This document shows positions 25,957-38,073 of a stretch of 64,000 nt of DNA, one piece after another. How positions within the stretch are numbered: position 1 is the first letter of the stretch; every line of letters begins with the position of its first letter. Origin of the DNA: Eremomyces bilateralis CBS 781.70 (Eukaryota); assembly GCA_010015585.1 (NCBI GenBank), contig ML975153.1; one strand, given 5' to 3'. The notes beneath the pieces are model-generated. The model did not search any database, was not told the DNA's origin, and saw only the letters and a list, made by a program, of their open reading frames with translations. The position numbers and the translations under genes were made by a program.

Positions 25957-27765
25957 ATGTCCGACTACTACGACGATGATCGGTATCGGCGCCGAGCTCG
26001 CCCGACTCGTGATTACTCGCCCGAGTATGTGAGAGAAGAAACATACATCTCACGCGGTTCTCGCGACGCGCCCTCACGAGATCTCGTCTATCGCGGGCGT
26101 CCAGAAGAGGAATCTGTTGAGGACATCCGTCGAGAATTCCCTCCTCCTCGTGGAAACGACTATCTACCGCGACGAGCCAGATCGGCGCGCAATCGACGGG
26201 AGAGCTACTACGACGATGATGACTACAGCGAGTACAGTCGTGGAGCCGGCGGCTATGCGCGTGGAGCACGACGAGATCGCTATGACGATGGCTACGGCAG
26301 CGACGAATACGACCGGCCCGAGCGGCCACGTATGGAGCGGCGGAAGAGCAGAGTCGAGAAATTCGCCGACGAGCTCGGTCTCGGTGGCATCGTTGGGGCC
26401 GTGACTGGTGCAGCGCGCTCCAGGTCAGGAGGCCGCCACGACCGACACCGAGACCGTGGCTACGACAGCGATGGCGACCTCCACTACGACCGCCGGGGAC
26501 GCGCTCGCAGCAAGTCTCGCGATACCGGGAAGAAATGGCAACAAGCCGCCACCGCGGCCGTCCTTGCAGGTGCCGTCGAAGCATATCGGACGCGCAAGGT
26601 CGACGGGCCATGGAAGGGAGAGAAGGGCAAGCGCATCGCAACCACTGCGCTGTCCGCCGCCGGTATCGACGGTTTGATCGACAAGGACCCAAGCGACCAC
26701 TCCAAACGCCATGTGGTCGAATCCGTCATCGGCGGTCTCGTCACCAACCGCATCGCCAACGGACCGCGTTCCCGCTCTCAATCCCGCGGCCGCGGTCTCG
26801 ATCACCCCCGCTCCCGCTCTCGCGGCCGCTCTCTCAGTCGCGTCAGCTCCATCTTCTCCCGTAGCAAGTCCCGAGGCGACTCCCAAAGCGGCTCGCGTAG
26901 CCCCAAACGAGCTCGCTCCCGCTCCCGCATCGCCGCACTCGCTACCGCCGGAGGCGTCGCTGCTGCCGGCAAAGCCATCTACGACCGCGTCCGCTCCAAG
27001 TCGCGACGTCGGGACCGCTCCCGGAGCCGCAGCTCCAGCGAGGATTCATATGTGCCGTCACGGCGACAACGCTACCAAGGTGGGCGCGACCGAGGCCGGG
27101 ACCTCTCCCTCAGCGAAAACTCATATATTGACGACGACAAGGTCGCGCGACCTAGAGGGCGCGGCGCGGCCGGGGCCGCGGGCATGGGTGGGCCCGGGGC
27201 CGACAGGAACCTACGAGATCAAAGTACGTCCAGTATTTCTACTACCGATTTGGAGAACCAGCGGCGGAAGCGGCGCGGCAAGGAGCTTATCACGGCGGGG
27301 CTGGCGACCGTCGCGACAATCCACGCGGCGCACGGCGTCTACTCGTCCATGGCGGCGTCCGACAAGCGCCACAAGGCCGTCATGGAGGGCGAGATGTCCC
27401 CTGAGGAGGCGCGCAAGAACAAGTCCAAGAACATGCTCCAGGACGCTGCGTCCATCGGCATCGCCGCCCTCGGAATCAAGTCCGCCTTCACCGAGTGGAA
27501 GGGAATGAACGAGCAGCGCCAGGGCATCAAGGAGCTTGAGGAGAAGCATCGCAAGCGTCGCAAGCTGAAAGAACGCCGTGCCCGCGAGATGTCGCTCGTC
27601 GGCTCCACTGGAGCTTCGCAGTATGGTGGTGGTGGTGGTGGTGGTTATTATCCGCAAGCTAACCCTTACGGCTACACAGCACCTCCGACTTCATACCAGG
27701 ACGGTAATCCGTACGGCAGCGCCCTGCCGCCGCCACCCATGGGTGCTCCACCCAATAGGTATTAG
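25957..27765 (+). CDS. Arg/Ser-rich fungal protein, DUF3824-like
   Basis: 602-aa uninterrupted ORF with KWQQAATAAVLAGAVEA..R..GPWKGEKGKRIATTA and LITAGLATVATIHAAHGVYSSM motifs. Confidence 0.75.
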   Translation: MSDYYDDDRYRRRARPTRDYSPEYVREETYISRGSRDAPSRDLVYRGRPEEESVEDIRREFPPPRGNDYLPRRARSARNRRESYYDDDDYSEYSRGAGGYARGARRDRYDDGYGSDEYDRPERPRMERRKSRVEKFADELGLGGIVGAVTGAARSRSGGRHDRHRDRGYDSDGDLHYDRRGRARSKSRDTGKKWQQAATAAVLAGAVEAYRTRKVDGPWKGEKGKRIATTALSAAGIDGLIDKDPSDHSKRHVVESVIGGLVTNRIANGPRSRSQSRGRGLDHPRSRSRGRSLSRVSSIFSRSKSRGDSQSGSRSPKRARSRSRIAALATAGGVAAAGKAIYDRVRSKSRRRDRSRSRSSSEDSYVPSRRQRYQGGRDRGRDLSLSENSYIDDDKVARPRGRGAAGAAGMGGPGADRNLRDQSTSSISTTDLENQRRKRRGKELITAGLATVATIHAAHGVYSSMAASDKRHKAVMEGEMSPEEARKNKSKNMLQDAASIGIAALGIKSAFTEWKGMNEQRQGIKELEEKHRKRRKLKERRAREMSLVGSTGASQYGGGGGGGYYPQANPYGYTAPPTSYQDGNPYGSALPPPPMGAPPNRY

Positions 27766-28419
27766 GGAGTGGTCACGATAGGATGGAGGGCCGGATGGGT
27801 ATCCGTTCGTCGACCCCTACTCATGCCTTCCCTGTGCAACCCATGAGTTTGTCGACAGTGTTTTTCTGGTTTCCGATGAGTATTATTATTTCGGAAAATA
27901 CGTATGGTCGAATGGGCAGAATTCAAGAATAATGGAGGATTCCTCCGCGATGGACGGGTGGGCTTCATGATGCGATGACATTTTTCACGGATGAAACGGT
28001 TCTAGATCGGAGACCGGGCTTTTCTTTGACTGAGACTGGCTTTGAGGTCGGAATTTACTCCTAGCTCTCTACCTATGATTCTCTAAATCTTCAAACCATG
28101 CGGTGGTGCTTGGAATGTGCGTGTTCAATGTCGTGTACTCGTTCGGTCAATGGTCTACAAATCAAGGACTGGGCTGGGGTATAACTCCAGTAACTCCGTA
28201 CCGTAAGACGGTAGTTCGTCAAAAATGACCATAAAATGATATTCTCATATTCAGGTTAAGGTAGGATCCTTGGCGGCTTGGCAATTTTTACTCCACCAAC
28301 ACGCGTCAGAACGCGCATTTCATCAATTATATCAACGCAGCAACCACCACGTTCATTACTTTATCAATTTAGGTATTTTTGAGGAGCTATTGACAGAAAA
28401 CACCTACTTATCTATTTAG

Positions 28420-29477
28420 ATGGTAGCCATGCCTCCTTTCCAGCTACCAGCTACCAGGTCTCAGATCTCAGATGCGACTTTACGCGACATAGAGTACCGT
28501 CTCAACGCTGGACAAGTCAATATGCACATAATCGCCGCAACGAGTATAAACAAGAATACAATGACGAGATTAAGGAAGCGATGGAGCGAGACTGGGACCA
28601 TTTACGCCATAAGGACGCGTCGCCCTGGTCCTAGACCTATNNNNNNNNNNNNNNNNNNNNNNNNNNNNNNNNNNNNNNNNNNNNNNNNNNNNNNNNNNNN
28701 NNNNNNNNNNNNNNNNNNNNNNNNNNNNNNNNNNNNNNNNNNNNNNNNNNNNNNNNNNNNNNNNNNNNNNNNNNNNNNNNNNNNNNNNNNNNNNNNNNNN
28801 NNNNNNNNNNNNNNNNNNNNNNNNNNNNNNNNNNNNNNNNNNNNNNNNNNNNNNNNNNNNNNNNNNNNNNNNNNNNNNNNNNNNNNNNNNNNNNNNNNNN
28901 NNNNNNNNNNNNNNNNNNNNNNNNNNNNNNNNNNNNNNNNNNNNNNNNNNNNNNNNNNNNNNNNNNNNNNNNNNNNNNNNNNNNNNNNNNNNNNNNNNNN
29001 NNNNNNNNNNNNNNNNNNNNNNNNNNNNNNNNNNNNNNNNNNNNNNNNNNGAGAGATGTTTAAACAATGGCTTCAGGAATGCGTTTTGCCGAAAATGAAT
29101 CCATTCCCTGGTCCGCGGTCTATTCTGATTATGGATAACTGCAGTACTCATCGCATTACGGTAGGTCTTCTGTCTTAGCCTGGCTATCATATAAACTTAC
29201 AAAGTAGTAGGGTATTCGCCAATTATGCGACGCTAAGGGTGTTCTTCTTAAATACTTCCCTCCATACTCGCCAGACTTAAATCCCATTGAGCCCTCGTTC
29301 CATGTCTTAAAAAGCTGGATGAAGCGGAATGATGATTTGCTTCCAGAGTTTAGGGAAGGCTATGAGGCGGCGTTTGTAGAGTTTCTAAAGGCAGCATGTA
29401 TTGCTTTTACTGACCGGACAAACCATCAAGCGCTGTGGCTGAAGTCTGGATATAATGTTCATGGTATTAATTTATAG
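28420..29477 (+). CDS. DD34E transposase (DDE_3 type; middle hidden by N-gap)
   Basis: ILIMDNCSTHRIT, intron 29161-29210, then GIRQLC...PPYSPDLNPIE, giving exactly 34 residues between the second D and E. HTH-like N-terminus. Confidence 0.85.
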
Positions 29478-29513
29478 ATAAATCCGAGACCGTTTAAAAG
29501 GCACGATGGTTTA

Positions 29514-31406
29514 CTAGCCACCCCCTCTAGTGACCGGAGGGTTAATAAACGACCGTTTAAAGCGTTCGAGTAGCTTCTTTGACCCGATGCTCTTAAGATA
29601 ACCATCCTTGATATTCAGCCTCTCAGCAAGACGGATAGGATTTCTGCGAGCCTCCAGATTCGCATCGCCTATGGTATAACCTTCATTATCAAGGTCCTCG
29701 CCTGCCTTGATCAACTCTTCCCTTTGCGCTTCAGGCCAGCCCTGACCTATCCACCTACAAAACTCCCGGACCGTGAAGCCGTCGACTGATGATACTGGAG
29801 AACTGGGAGGTACTGGAAATTGAGTTGCCATAGGTGTGGTAGGCGGCATACCCCAGGGCGTCATACCCATAGATGGGAAGCCGAAGTTGAAGTTCTGGGT
29901 AGGGCCTGGCTGTGATGATAGAGTCTCAGTGGAAGACCGCTTTGATTTGGAAGTATTTCGGGCCTCTTGTGCTTGTTTCTGTTGGTCCCACGTAAAAAGC
30001 TGTTGCTGGATAGGGGCAGGAGGTGTTTCGATACTGTGAAGAGTAGGAGATATGCGGATTAGTTCGGCCCAGTTCTTAGTAATGCGATCAGATATCTCCA
30101 TATGGCGATTTTCTGCCTGTGGGTTCGGCCAGCAATATAATGACCTTGCAGGACACCGATGTGAACCCAACGTGCACTTCCATCGCTGGGTAATCTCAGT
30201 CACAAGCGCACTCTTATCTGTATTGGCGGTGGTAATCGCTTGTACCGCCGGAGTAAGAGGATGCGCCAAAGATAGGGTACTGCCAGAAGATGCAGCAGTT
30301 GTCGATTGCCTGAGAATAGGGACTGGAGTCGGTAATGGCTCGAAAGTTGTGCCATATTTAACTTCAATGGTAATCTTGAGGTTTTGTAGGTTGAGTTCAT
30401 GATACTGATAGTGTAAAACAGCGCGGAATTCTTTAGCGTCGTTATCAGTACTAAGATCAATGTCGTTCTCAACCACAGGTTTCGTTCGGCTATCAATCAT
30501 TGCTGCAGAGAATGAAGCCTTCGTCTCATGATGATAGACGAGAGGTTCAAACCGCTTCATTGCTTGTGATTTGGCGATAGATTGCGCAACCTCCAGAATC
30601 TTCTCGCGATTGATATCCGCAAGGCTCGCTGCTGTCATTTTCTTCGGAAGTGCTAGCCCATCAAGGTATGGAATGAGCGTGAGGATGTTCTTCATAGTCT
30701 TGCCGAATAGATTGTATATCTTATTGGTTGATTGAGATGCTGAATTCGCAGCAGGGCTGGCAATAGGCGATGATATCCCAGGTTGAGATCCGGTACCAAA
30801 CCCTTGGACATTTGCTAAAACAGAACCTCGTTTCAGACGCTTGCGAGGTAACTCAACAACACCATCAGTAGAATCTACCTCATCCTGGCCGTCGCTACTA
30901 TCGTCGTTATCCGAAATGATAAAGGTACGCCCCCTGGCAGGAGTCGGCGTGGACGGTGGAAAAGAGACTGCTTTCGTTTGCTTGCGTTTCTTCGCTGCTG
31001 CTACAGGCTGAGCCTTCGTAGGCCCTGCCCTCGTTGTGGTCTTCGCGGATTTCGTAGTCTTCGAACTAGCAGCTCTGCCGTTATCACTAGTAGAGCTACC
31101 TTTTGAATTCGACTTTGTTGCCTTTTTTATAGGTCGACGACCAACCGCTGGTGCTAGTCTTGCTTGCACTACGTTATCTGGTGTGTCTTGATGTAGAGGA
31201 TCCGCGAAACCGACTCGCATCTGCCTGCGTCTGAGTCTACGTCGTCGAGAATATGGTGTATCCGTTTCTATATCGGATTTCAATTCGGATTCACTATGAC
31301 GAGGACTTGATGACGGGATATTGCGGTTTGATTGATCGCGCGTACGGGCCATTCCTAACAGAGTTTCGACTGCAGCTTCTTCTCCAGAGTCGTATTCGTT
31401 GTTCAT
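29514..31406 (-). CDS. 630-aa transposon-borne protein of unknown function
   Basis: Intact ORF wholly inside the TIRs. Basic NLS-like N-terminal half, a Cys/His cluster (WKC..SHRC..YCW..RH..W) and a helical C-terminal domain. Confidence 0.7.
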   Translation of the reverse strand: MNNEYDSGEEAAVETLLGMARTRDQSNRNIPSSSPRHSESELKSDIETDTPYSRRRRLRRRQMRVGFADPLHQDTPDNVVQARLAPAVGRRPIKKATKSNSKGSSTSDNGRAASSKTTKSAKTTTRAGPTKAQPVAAAKKRKQTKAVSFPPSTPTPARGRTFIISDNDDSSDGQDEVDSTDGVVELPRKRLKRGSVLANVQGFGTGSQPGISSPIASPAANSASQSTNKIYNLFGKTMKNILTLIPYLDGLALPKKMTAASLADINREKILEVAQSIAKSQAMKRFEPLVYHHETKASFSAAMIDSRTKPVVENDIDLSTDNDAKEFRAVLHYQYHELNLQNLKITIEVKYGTTFEPLPTPVPILRQSTTAASSGSTLSLAHPLTPAVQAITTANTDKSALVTEITQRWKCTLGSHRCPARSLYCWPNPQAENRHMEISDRITKNWAELIRISPTLHSIETPPAPIQQQLFTWDQQKQAQEARNTSKSKRSSTETLSSQPGPTQNFNFGFPSMGMTPWGMPPTTPMATQFPVPPSSPVSSVDGFTVREFCRWIGQGWPEAQREELIKAGEDLDNEGYTIGDANLEARRNPIRLAERLNIKDGYLKSIGSKKLLERFKRSFINPPVTRGGG

Positions 31407-32080
31407 CGATCGAGATAGTGCTTTGGAATATGCGATACGACGCGAGCCTGACGCGATTTAGTTCAACAAGTTCTGTAACTATAGTATTAAAACATACAGC
31501 GTTACGACAGCAGAAAATAAAGATTTCAACAAATGTTTGAAGCCTAAGAGCAATGATTATGGGCTAGATAAAAGCGCGATATTGATATAATTGATAAAAG
31601 CGCGTTCTGACGCGTGTTGGTGGAGTAAAAATTGCCAAGCCGCCAAGGATCCTACCTTAACCTGAATATGAGAATATGGCAATACGGCTCCGAGGAGATG
31701 CAAGAAGCCGACGGACGGTCCGCAGACTCATACCCTACCATCCCCGATTGTGTTTGTCCACGACTATGTCTCTTCAAGAGGATTCTAGCTGCCACTGGAT
31801 AGACATATGGAGTTCCACTGCAGCTGCCTGCGCGTGATTACCGCTGGTCGTCTCGTGCCATCACCGCTACTTCACAACACAACCGCAAAGAGCCGCTTTA
31901 AATTCAGCCCCACCCTTCAGTAAACCTTCTCAAGACCTGCAAAGAGGAGAAAAAGACACGAAGCAACGAATATTCAAACATAGAAAAATAACCAGTCAAT
32001 AACAAGTCCTCAATGTGAGTTCGACTAGCTGCCCTCCTGTTCATCCTTCCAGTGAAATCAGTGCCTAGCAACCACCCACG

Positions 32081-32332
32081 TTGCGTCTTTCGAACCTCCT
32101 CATCATCCTTCCGTTCACCGTCCCCATTATCACAGTATCAGCGGGACCAGTTCTCTACGCCGGTTGCCAAGTGGGTTGCGCTGGCGCCGTTATGGCTTGC
32201 TACTCCGCCGCTGGGTTCACCTGGGGCGCCACCTTAGGTATCACTGCTCCAGCGACGATCATCGCGTGCAATATGGCCTTTGGATCTTGCCAGGCGGGGT
32301 GTGCCGCGGCGCTTTTGATACTTACACTTTGA
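32081..32332 (+). CDS. Small secreted cysteine-rich protein (no in-frame ATG; TTG at the expected start)
   Basis: Signal-peptide-like start followed by GPVLYAGCQVGCAGAVMACYSAAGFTWGATLG..APATIIACNMAFGSCQAGCAAALL, a 6-Cys pattern typical of a widespread small fungal secreted family. Confidence 0.65.
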   Translation: MRLSNLLIILPFTVPIITVSAGPVLYAGCQVGCAGAVMACYSAAGFTWGATLGITAPATIIACNMAFGSCQAGCAAALLILTL

Positions 32333-33244
32333 GAAATGACGCGGAAGGTCACGCTCGTTATGTCAGGGTTGAAAGGTGAAGATCGAGATGTATGATTTGT
32401 TTTGTGGAAATCCGGCAAGCGAGCAGGACTGGAAAGTACTGTGGAGAGGGACCGCGCTCACGCTGTGTACAACATGCGGGGGACTCGCAAAGAGTTGACC
32501 AGATCGACATTCGGTCCCTGATATTGAAACTTGGTCGCATACCGTCATGGCATGACGTCACACATCAACCATCATATATACGCGGTATAATAGCACATGG
32601 AGCAATTCAACTGTTGAACCACATTATCAATCGTGAAGAGAGTCCATTTGCAAGAACCTCCAAACCACCAGACCTGTTGAAACCCATCGATACTGTTCAC
32701 CATGTCCGAACCGAACAGGAACCCATCACTCGTCACTAGCCATGCGCAATACGCCAGAGGCATGGCCGAAGTACGTAACCGCACCTCATGAACACATCCT
32801 CCTCTTTTTTCCTCCATCTCTCCCCCTTAACTCCATAGTCGCATGCCAACTCACCTCCCTAGGCCACCATCGGCCAGCTCTCCGGCTCCGAAGCGTGGAA
32901 GGCGACCGGTGCGCAAGATAAGGTCACCGCCATGGATCACATGAAGCGGGCGGAGCAGCAGAGGGAAGGGGAGAACAAGGGGTTTGGGAAGCCGGAGGAA
33001 GTAGCAGGGAAGGTGGTGGGTTGTGAGGGAATGAAGGAGGAGGGACAGCGGACGGCGGAGACGGGTGCCAGCCAGTAGAGGTGGCTTAGGTGAAGAATGT
33101 TGGGATGAGGTTGATTTTTATGGCGTGAATCGGATTGGGAGAGAGTAGGGACTTGGCTGGTAGTTAATCTGGCATACTTAGGGTGTAATAGATATGGTTG
33201 TGAACTGGAAGATGTGGGCTTCGAGTAAGTTTTCATTAATCCTG

Positions 33245-34266
33245 TTATCGTGATATGTGGAAGTGCGATACCCTAGTCAGAGCCCTTGCAATGAGGGCAA
33301 CCATTCCGGCAATCAAAATAGGAGCCGTCCATAGTATCCGCCTTTTCATGACACACCCCAACCGGGCTGCGATCCTTCGCTTACTGGGCTCTCCAAACTG
33401 CTCAGACTCGTTCATGTGAGGATATGGTTCATCTGGAATATCTCTCCCAAGAAAATGGCACAGCGGCTCCCAGCCATCGCCAGGTTCCCACTCGAGCAGA
33501 CTCTCCCTCGGGACTAGCGACTTGACTTGCTCGTAGTGCTTCTTATATTGTCGAACCAACAACTCTGTCTCGATCGACTTTTTACCGAAGAATCCCGCCC
33601 AGAGTTCCCTATTCACCGTGATGTTTTTGGCCAGAGTTTGCGGGTCGAGGAATGCAATGAAGGCGAATTGCCAATCCATGAGTATCTTGCTGATCGTGGA
33701 CTGAACCGACTGAGCCTAAGCTTCTGGATTTCGGTGTGTGAGAATAACCTTGGCTTCGGGGTATGAGGCGATGAGTTCCGGCGCAAATGCGGCGCAAGGA
33801 AAGCCAAGAGCAGCCTAACATAAAAAGGAATGAGATCAGGTTTTTAGGTTCCATACTTGTAGCCTCATCCAAGTCAAACCTACCATACAGTCACCCAGCA
33901 GCTGGTCCCAATCCGCACGCTCGTACGGCTCCCCTTTGCCGTACCACTTCGCATCGACAGCTTCATTCCAGAGATCAAAGTCTTTAGTATTCTTGATCGC
34001 CCGAAACATGTGATAGACGTCTCGATATCCCAGCTTCTGGAGTGCTGTAAACATTGCTACAGATTGCGAGAACTGTTAATAAAGTAAGAACAAGGATGCC
34101 TGGGCAATTAGAAGTCAAGTATAGGCGGTCCCAGTGCGAGGCATTCCTAACGCCAGCACCTCCATAGGCACCACTCGCTGATTCCCACGCTTGTCGATTT
34201 CATGCCTGATGGACGGGTTGGGTCGTAGTCGAGGATTCCGAAGAGCTTTTGCTTCTGTTCCAACAT
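33245..34266 (-). pseudogene. P-loop sulfotransferase-family (Sulfotransfer_4-like) gene, probably pseudogenised
   Basis: VLALGMPRTGT, LGYRDVYHM, YPEAKVILT, LLEW..GDGWEPLCHFLG..P..PYPHMN and a C-terminal TM. The first intron donor appears to read AT instead of GT, and there is an in-frame TAG after RNPEA. Confidence 0.7.
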
Positions 34267-34901
34267 GACAAACTCTGAAGTCAACTCAGGTGCTTCTGGA
34301 AAGGTGCTTTCGGCCTAAGTCATAATGTTTTCACTGAAAATGGTTGGAGTGTGTATGGGTGGTAGAAATGTGGTTCTGAAGTATTGCCAGTCAGGATACG
34401 AAAGGCCTTAATACAACTACGTGCGAGAAGCCGCACGAATGACTCGTACACTTGACGTTGTGCGCAGGCCCCTGCAACAAGCCAGAACGGTTGGCCCAAA
34501 ATCAATACCGGACTCTGTACTTCAGTCTGTAGTAGCATTAAATTTGACAATTGGAAGTTCTCCATCATGGCGACGGCGAAATTGTACTGGGGGTGGACGG
34601 GATTGATGGCCCTGAAACGTCTCTCCAGCCCGTCGAATACTTAGCCGTTCCCAATGATCGGCTGTACCTTACCAACAAGTAAAGACCCCCAGTATTATAT
34701 CAGATTGCTTGCGGTAGAGTAGGTAGATGTTGCACTTGACACTTTATTCAGTATCGATGTAGAGATTCATTTCTATGCACCCATGACTTTTCCTTATCGA
34801 TCCGTGATTCTGAAGACTATCCCATTTTATTTCGAGAGGTTCTTAGTAAGTCTCTCGAACACTCTCTTCACACTGCTCGAGAGTCGTTGCTTCATAGCAA
34901 T

Positions 34902-36970
34902 TCAAGCATCTTTCAGTAAGAAGAGCAACGACAACCACCCCTTATTAGTGGGGTCTTCGTAAGCAGTGATGCTCCAGATCTTCTTTATACCCAGCTGATC
35001 TTTGTGACGAACAAGGAGAAGCGAGGCATCAAGCCCTTCTGGCGTCCCCAAGAGCGCATAAAAGCACTCACGTCGAGCCTCATTTTCAGGCCAAAACCCG
35101 GAACCTGGCCACGGAGGAAATTCATTCCTCCCGACTGATTTCAAGCACTGTTGAGTGATGTTCTTGGTAGTCGCTGTTTTGATACCGGCGTCGAAAATGT
35201 ATGCTAGGCTCCTGGTTTCCTTTTTCCGATACTGGATGGCTCGTTCCCATTCCAGGAAAGCTAGGTCGTACTTCTCTCGGAGTGGGACCATTGCTCGACC
35301 TTCGCGGGTCCCCCTTGTGACGAACTCTGTAGTGTAGACGTTGGAGATGATGAGGACGCCGATGTCCACATTGTGAGTCGCCCTCCATGATGCACCGGTT
35401 GGCTATCATGTAAGTTAGCAAACCCGGCCATTTGAAATAGCTGTGGACTGAACGTACTTGAAACAAGATCTCGTCAGATCCGTCTTTGGACTTCACTTTA
35501 GCAGGTGCGTCTTGCTTAATATTGGACCCTTCCCACGGAGGGGCAGTCAAACGGGCTGATAAGCCAAGGTCGGAGACTATGGGGACGTATTTGTCGACAA
35601 TGTCCAAAAATCTCTTGTCTCCGGTCGATTCTCGTACGTTCCACCCATATTTGAACAGGTCGTTGGGGTCCGAAAAGGGACTTTGGGCACCTGTGGCATC
35701 GCCAAACGCTGGGTCCTCGGGCCACCGACAGCCTTTATTCAGTTGGTCGTTGGACTTGGAAAAGAGGGCTTCCAAATTCTGGCCTCGCTCTACCGCGTCA
35801 AGGAATTCCGTAGGAGAATTTTGTCGAGGTCGAAGGCGTCTGCCACCACTTCCAGATCCACTTGGTGTAAAACTGCATTGTGGCCCTGAATCGGCATCTT
35901 CCATTCGGTAAAGAATATGGATCTCTCCTTGTAACCCAAAGATAGTGATGGCGGAAATTCTTCTCAGGCCGAGCTGCTCTTTATGTTGATTCAAGAACCA
36001 GCCCCAGACCATAGAAACTGGCACACCCTGAAGTACGAGGAACTTCTCCTTGTTGTCCGGGTTGGCATCGTCATATCGATGCCGTAAGCCAGGCCAGGGG
36101 GTAGGCTCGTTGCTGGACCCAAGGATCTTTTCCAGGACATCGATGGTAGGACGGTTGATGACCGAATCGATAATCACGGTCTTCAGGGGTTGGTTGTGTC
36201 CCCGGTCAAGACACACTCTCTTGTATTCAAGGAACATTACATCCGACATCAGTCCTAGGGGTGGTGGCTCCTTTCCCATCCCACGGGGACTATCGAAGGA
36301 CCACACGACAAGGGCACGATCAGCGCAATTGATCATGACTTGGGACTCAGCATAGCTAGCCTGAAGGTGAGGTTAGTAGAGCCGTGAATGGGCGCAACAT
36401 GCTCACTGAAAATTGAAGGGTCTTCCCATTTTTGAAAATAGTCACGTCTTCACCGTGTATAGTGTAGACGACTTGCCAAGCACTTGCATCTCCTGAAATC
36501 CCGAACTCTTGGAAGGGGCGATCGTACTTCTTCCGAAACGGGTCTGAAATCTGAGCAGACTCGCGGTCTAGAATGTCTTCAGCGGTCCAACCATTCCGCT
36601 TCATTTCTCCATACTCCTTGAATTCACTTTGAGAAGTCCTAGGATACCCGAAATTGGGTTCGTTTGGCCATCTCTGCGCCTTGTCCAGTTCCGCAATTGT
36701 CATCGGATAGAAACAGTTTTGTTTTGCCCCTTTCGCACGCAGAGAATCCCAGTCTAGAGCCAAAGCAAGTCGGGAGATATTATGGCCCTCGAAGCTGGAT
36801 TCATTGTGCGTATCGTCGTCGAACAACAGGGGAGCCTCTCGAGAGACGATTTGACCGCGACTCGGTCCATGAGAAAGGCTAGCGTGCCATAATGGAGCTC
36901 GTCCATAAAAGGCAATGATAGATCCAAGCACGGCTATAAAAGTGACGATAAACTGTTTAGTAACAACCAT
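34902..36970 (-). CDS. Secreted/signal-anchored protein with two tandem homologous domains
   Basis: Hydrophobic N-terminus (QFIVTFIAVLGSIIAFY). Repeat 1 RWPNEPNFG..SQSEF...GW...PWPG...HKEQLG matches repeat 2 RWPEDPAFG..AQSPF...GW...PWPG...HKDQLG. Introns at ~36407-36357 and ~35456-35404. Confidence 0.7.
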
Positions 36971-38073
36971 GGTATAACGATTATCCCACTTGAAAGCGGT
37001 GTTAGGTCTGACTGAGGAAGGTAAAAAAATTGAGGAAAGTCGAAGTGGATACAATTTTGAAATGTTGTGGCATTGGACCATCCTGAGGACGATGAAAAGT
37101 CTCTATCATGTGTTTTTCATCAATTTCCAATCATTCACCTGCAATCAAGGCTAATAAGGAGAGTGAATTGAATTCGGCTTTTTGGCCGGACTAAATAAAG
37201 CTGCTCAACCGACACTGATAACTGTGGGAAAGCAGCACCTACTAGTTGCCTATTTTTACATATGCCAACTGTCATCCAGTAGCCTCTTCTTGTTCTGAAC
37301 CGGCGACTAGCTGCCAAAGCCACTGTGGCCTTGAGCATGTACATAGCAGGAGGATTATCTATAGTACAATGAGCGGTCATTTGGAAGGCACTGCGGAATG
37401 GCGACATGAGTTAGCGCCTGGTCATATGGACATCGAAATGGAAGGCACTTGTGGAAGTTGTCAGATTTTCCATTCTGTTACTGAATTCAGTGAATTTTGT
37501 ACAAGGGGCCGCTCTGGGTCGAGGGTGAGGAGCAAATATTGCACATACCGCAAACATGCCACGAAAGACACCCATCTTTTGCTTCAGAGGGGGAAATGGC
37601 AGGGAAGGTTCCATCCTAAGAATCATTATCGTGAATCGGCTCCTATGTTGGGGCAACAATGCATCTGAAATAGGAGGCATTGACGGTCCCTTGCCATGTG
37701 TCTTTGAAGTCCTGTAGCGGCAGGATTCCGTATTTCAAAGAATCAAAGTCGAAGCCATGATACCCATTCAGGTGGATTTGAAACCTTCAGTCATCCCGAT
37801 ATGAGGTGCTGGCTCATATCGCGTTGTATTCAGACATGCCATTATTGAGACACGTGGAATGAAATATCGTTGCGCTCTTCTCTAGCGTATACATGTTACT
37901 AATATCCACTCGCTAGGAATCTTAATATATGACATTTCGTATAATAAATAAAGATTGTAGCAATCAGTGGATGAACGGATCTGACGTTGCTCTAATAAAG
38001 ATATGCAGCTGACGTAACCCTCAGCCGCTGCTCCACTCCCCCCTGTCTTGATCTCCAGCCTCTACACATGCTA

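Larger units (their letters stand above)
28242..31674 (+). mobile_element. Tc1/IS630-type DNA transposon with ~93-bp TIRs, TA TSD and a second internal ORF
   Basis: TIR ttctcatattcaggttaaggtaggatccttggcggcttggc... at 28242-28335 and its inverse at 31582-31674, with TA on both sides. Confidence 0.9.

Noticed and set aside
25916..27657. Long antisense and alternate-frame ORFs over the DUF3824 gene (similarly over 44-45 kb and 50-51 kb)
   Set aside because: Shadow ORFs of GC-rich coding sequence with no recognisable motifs.
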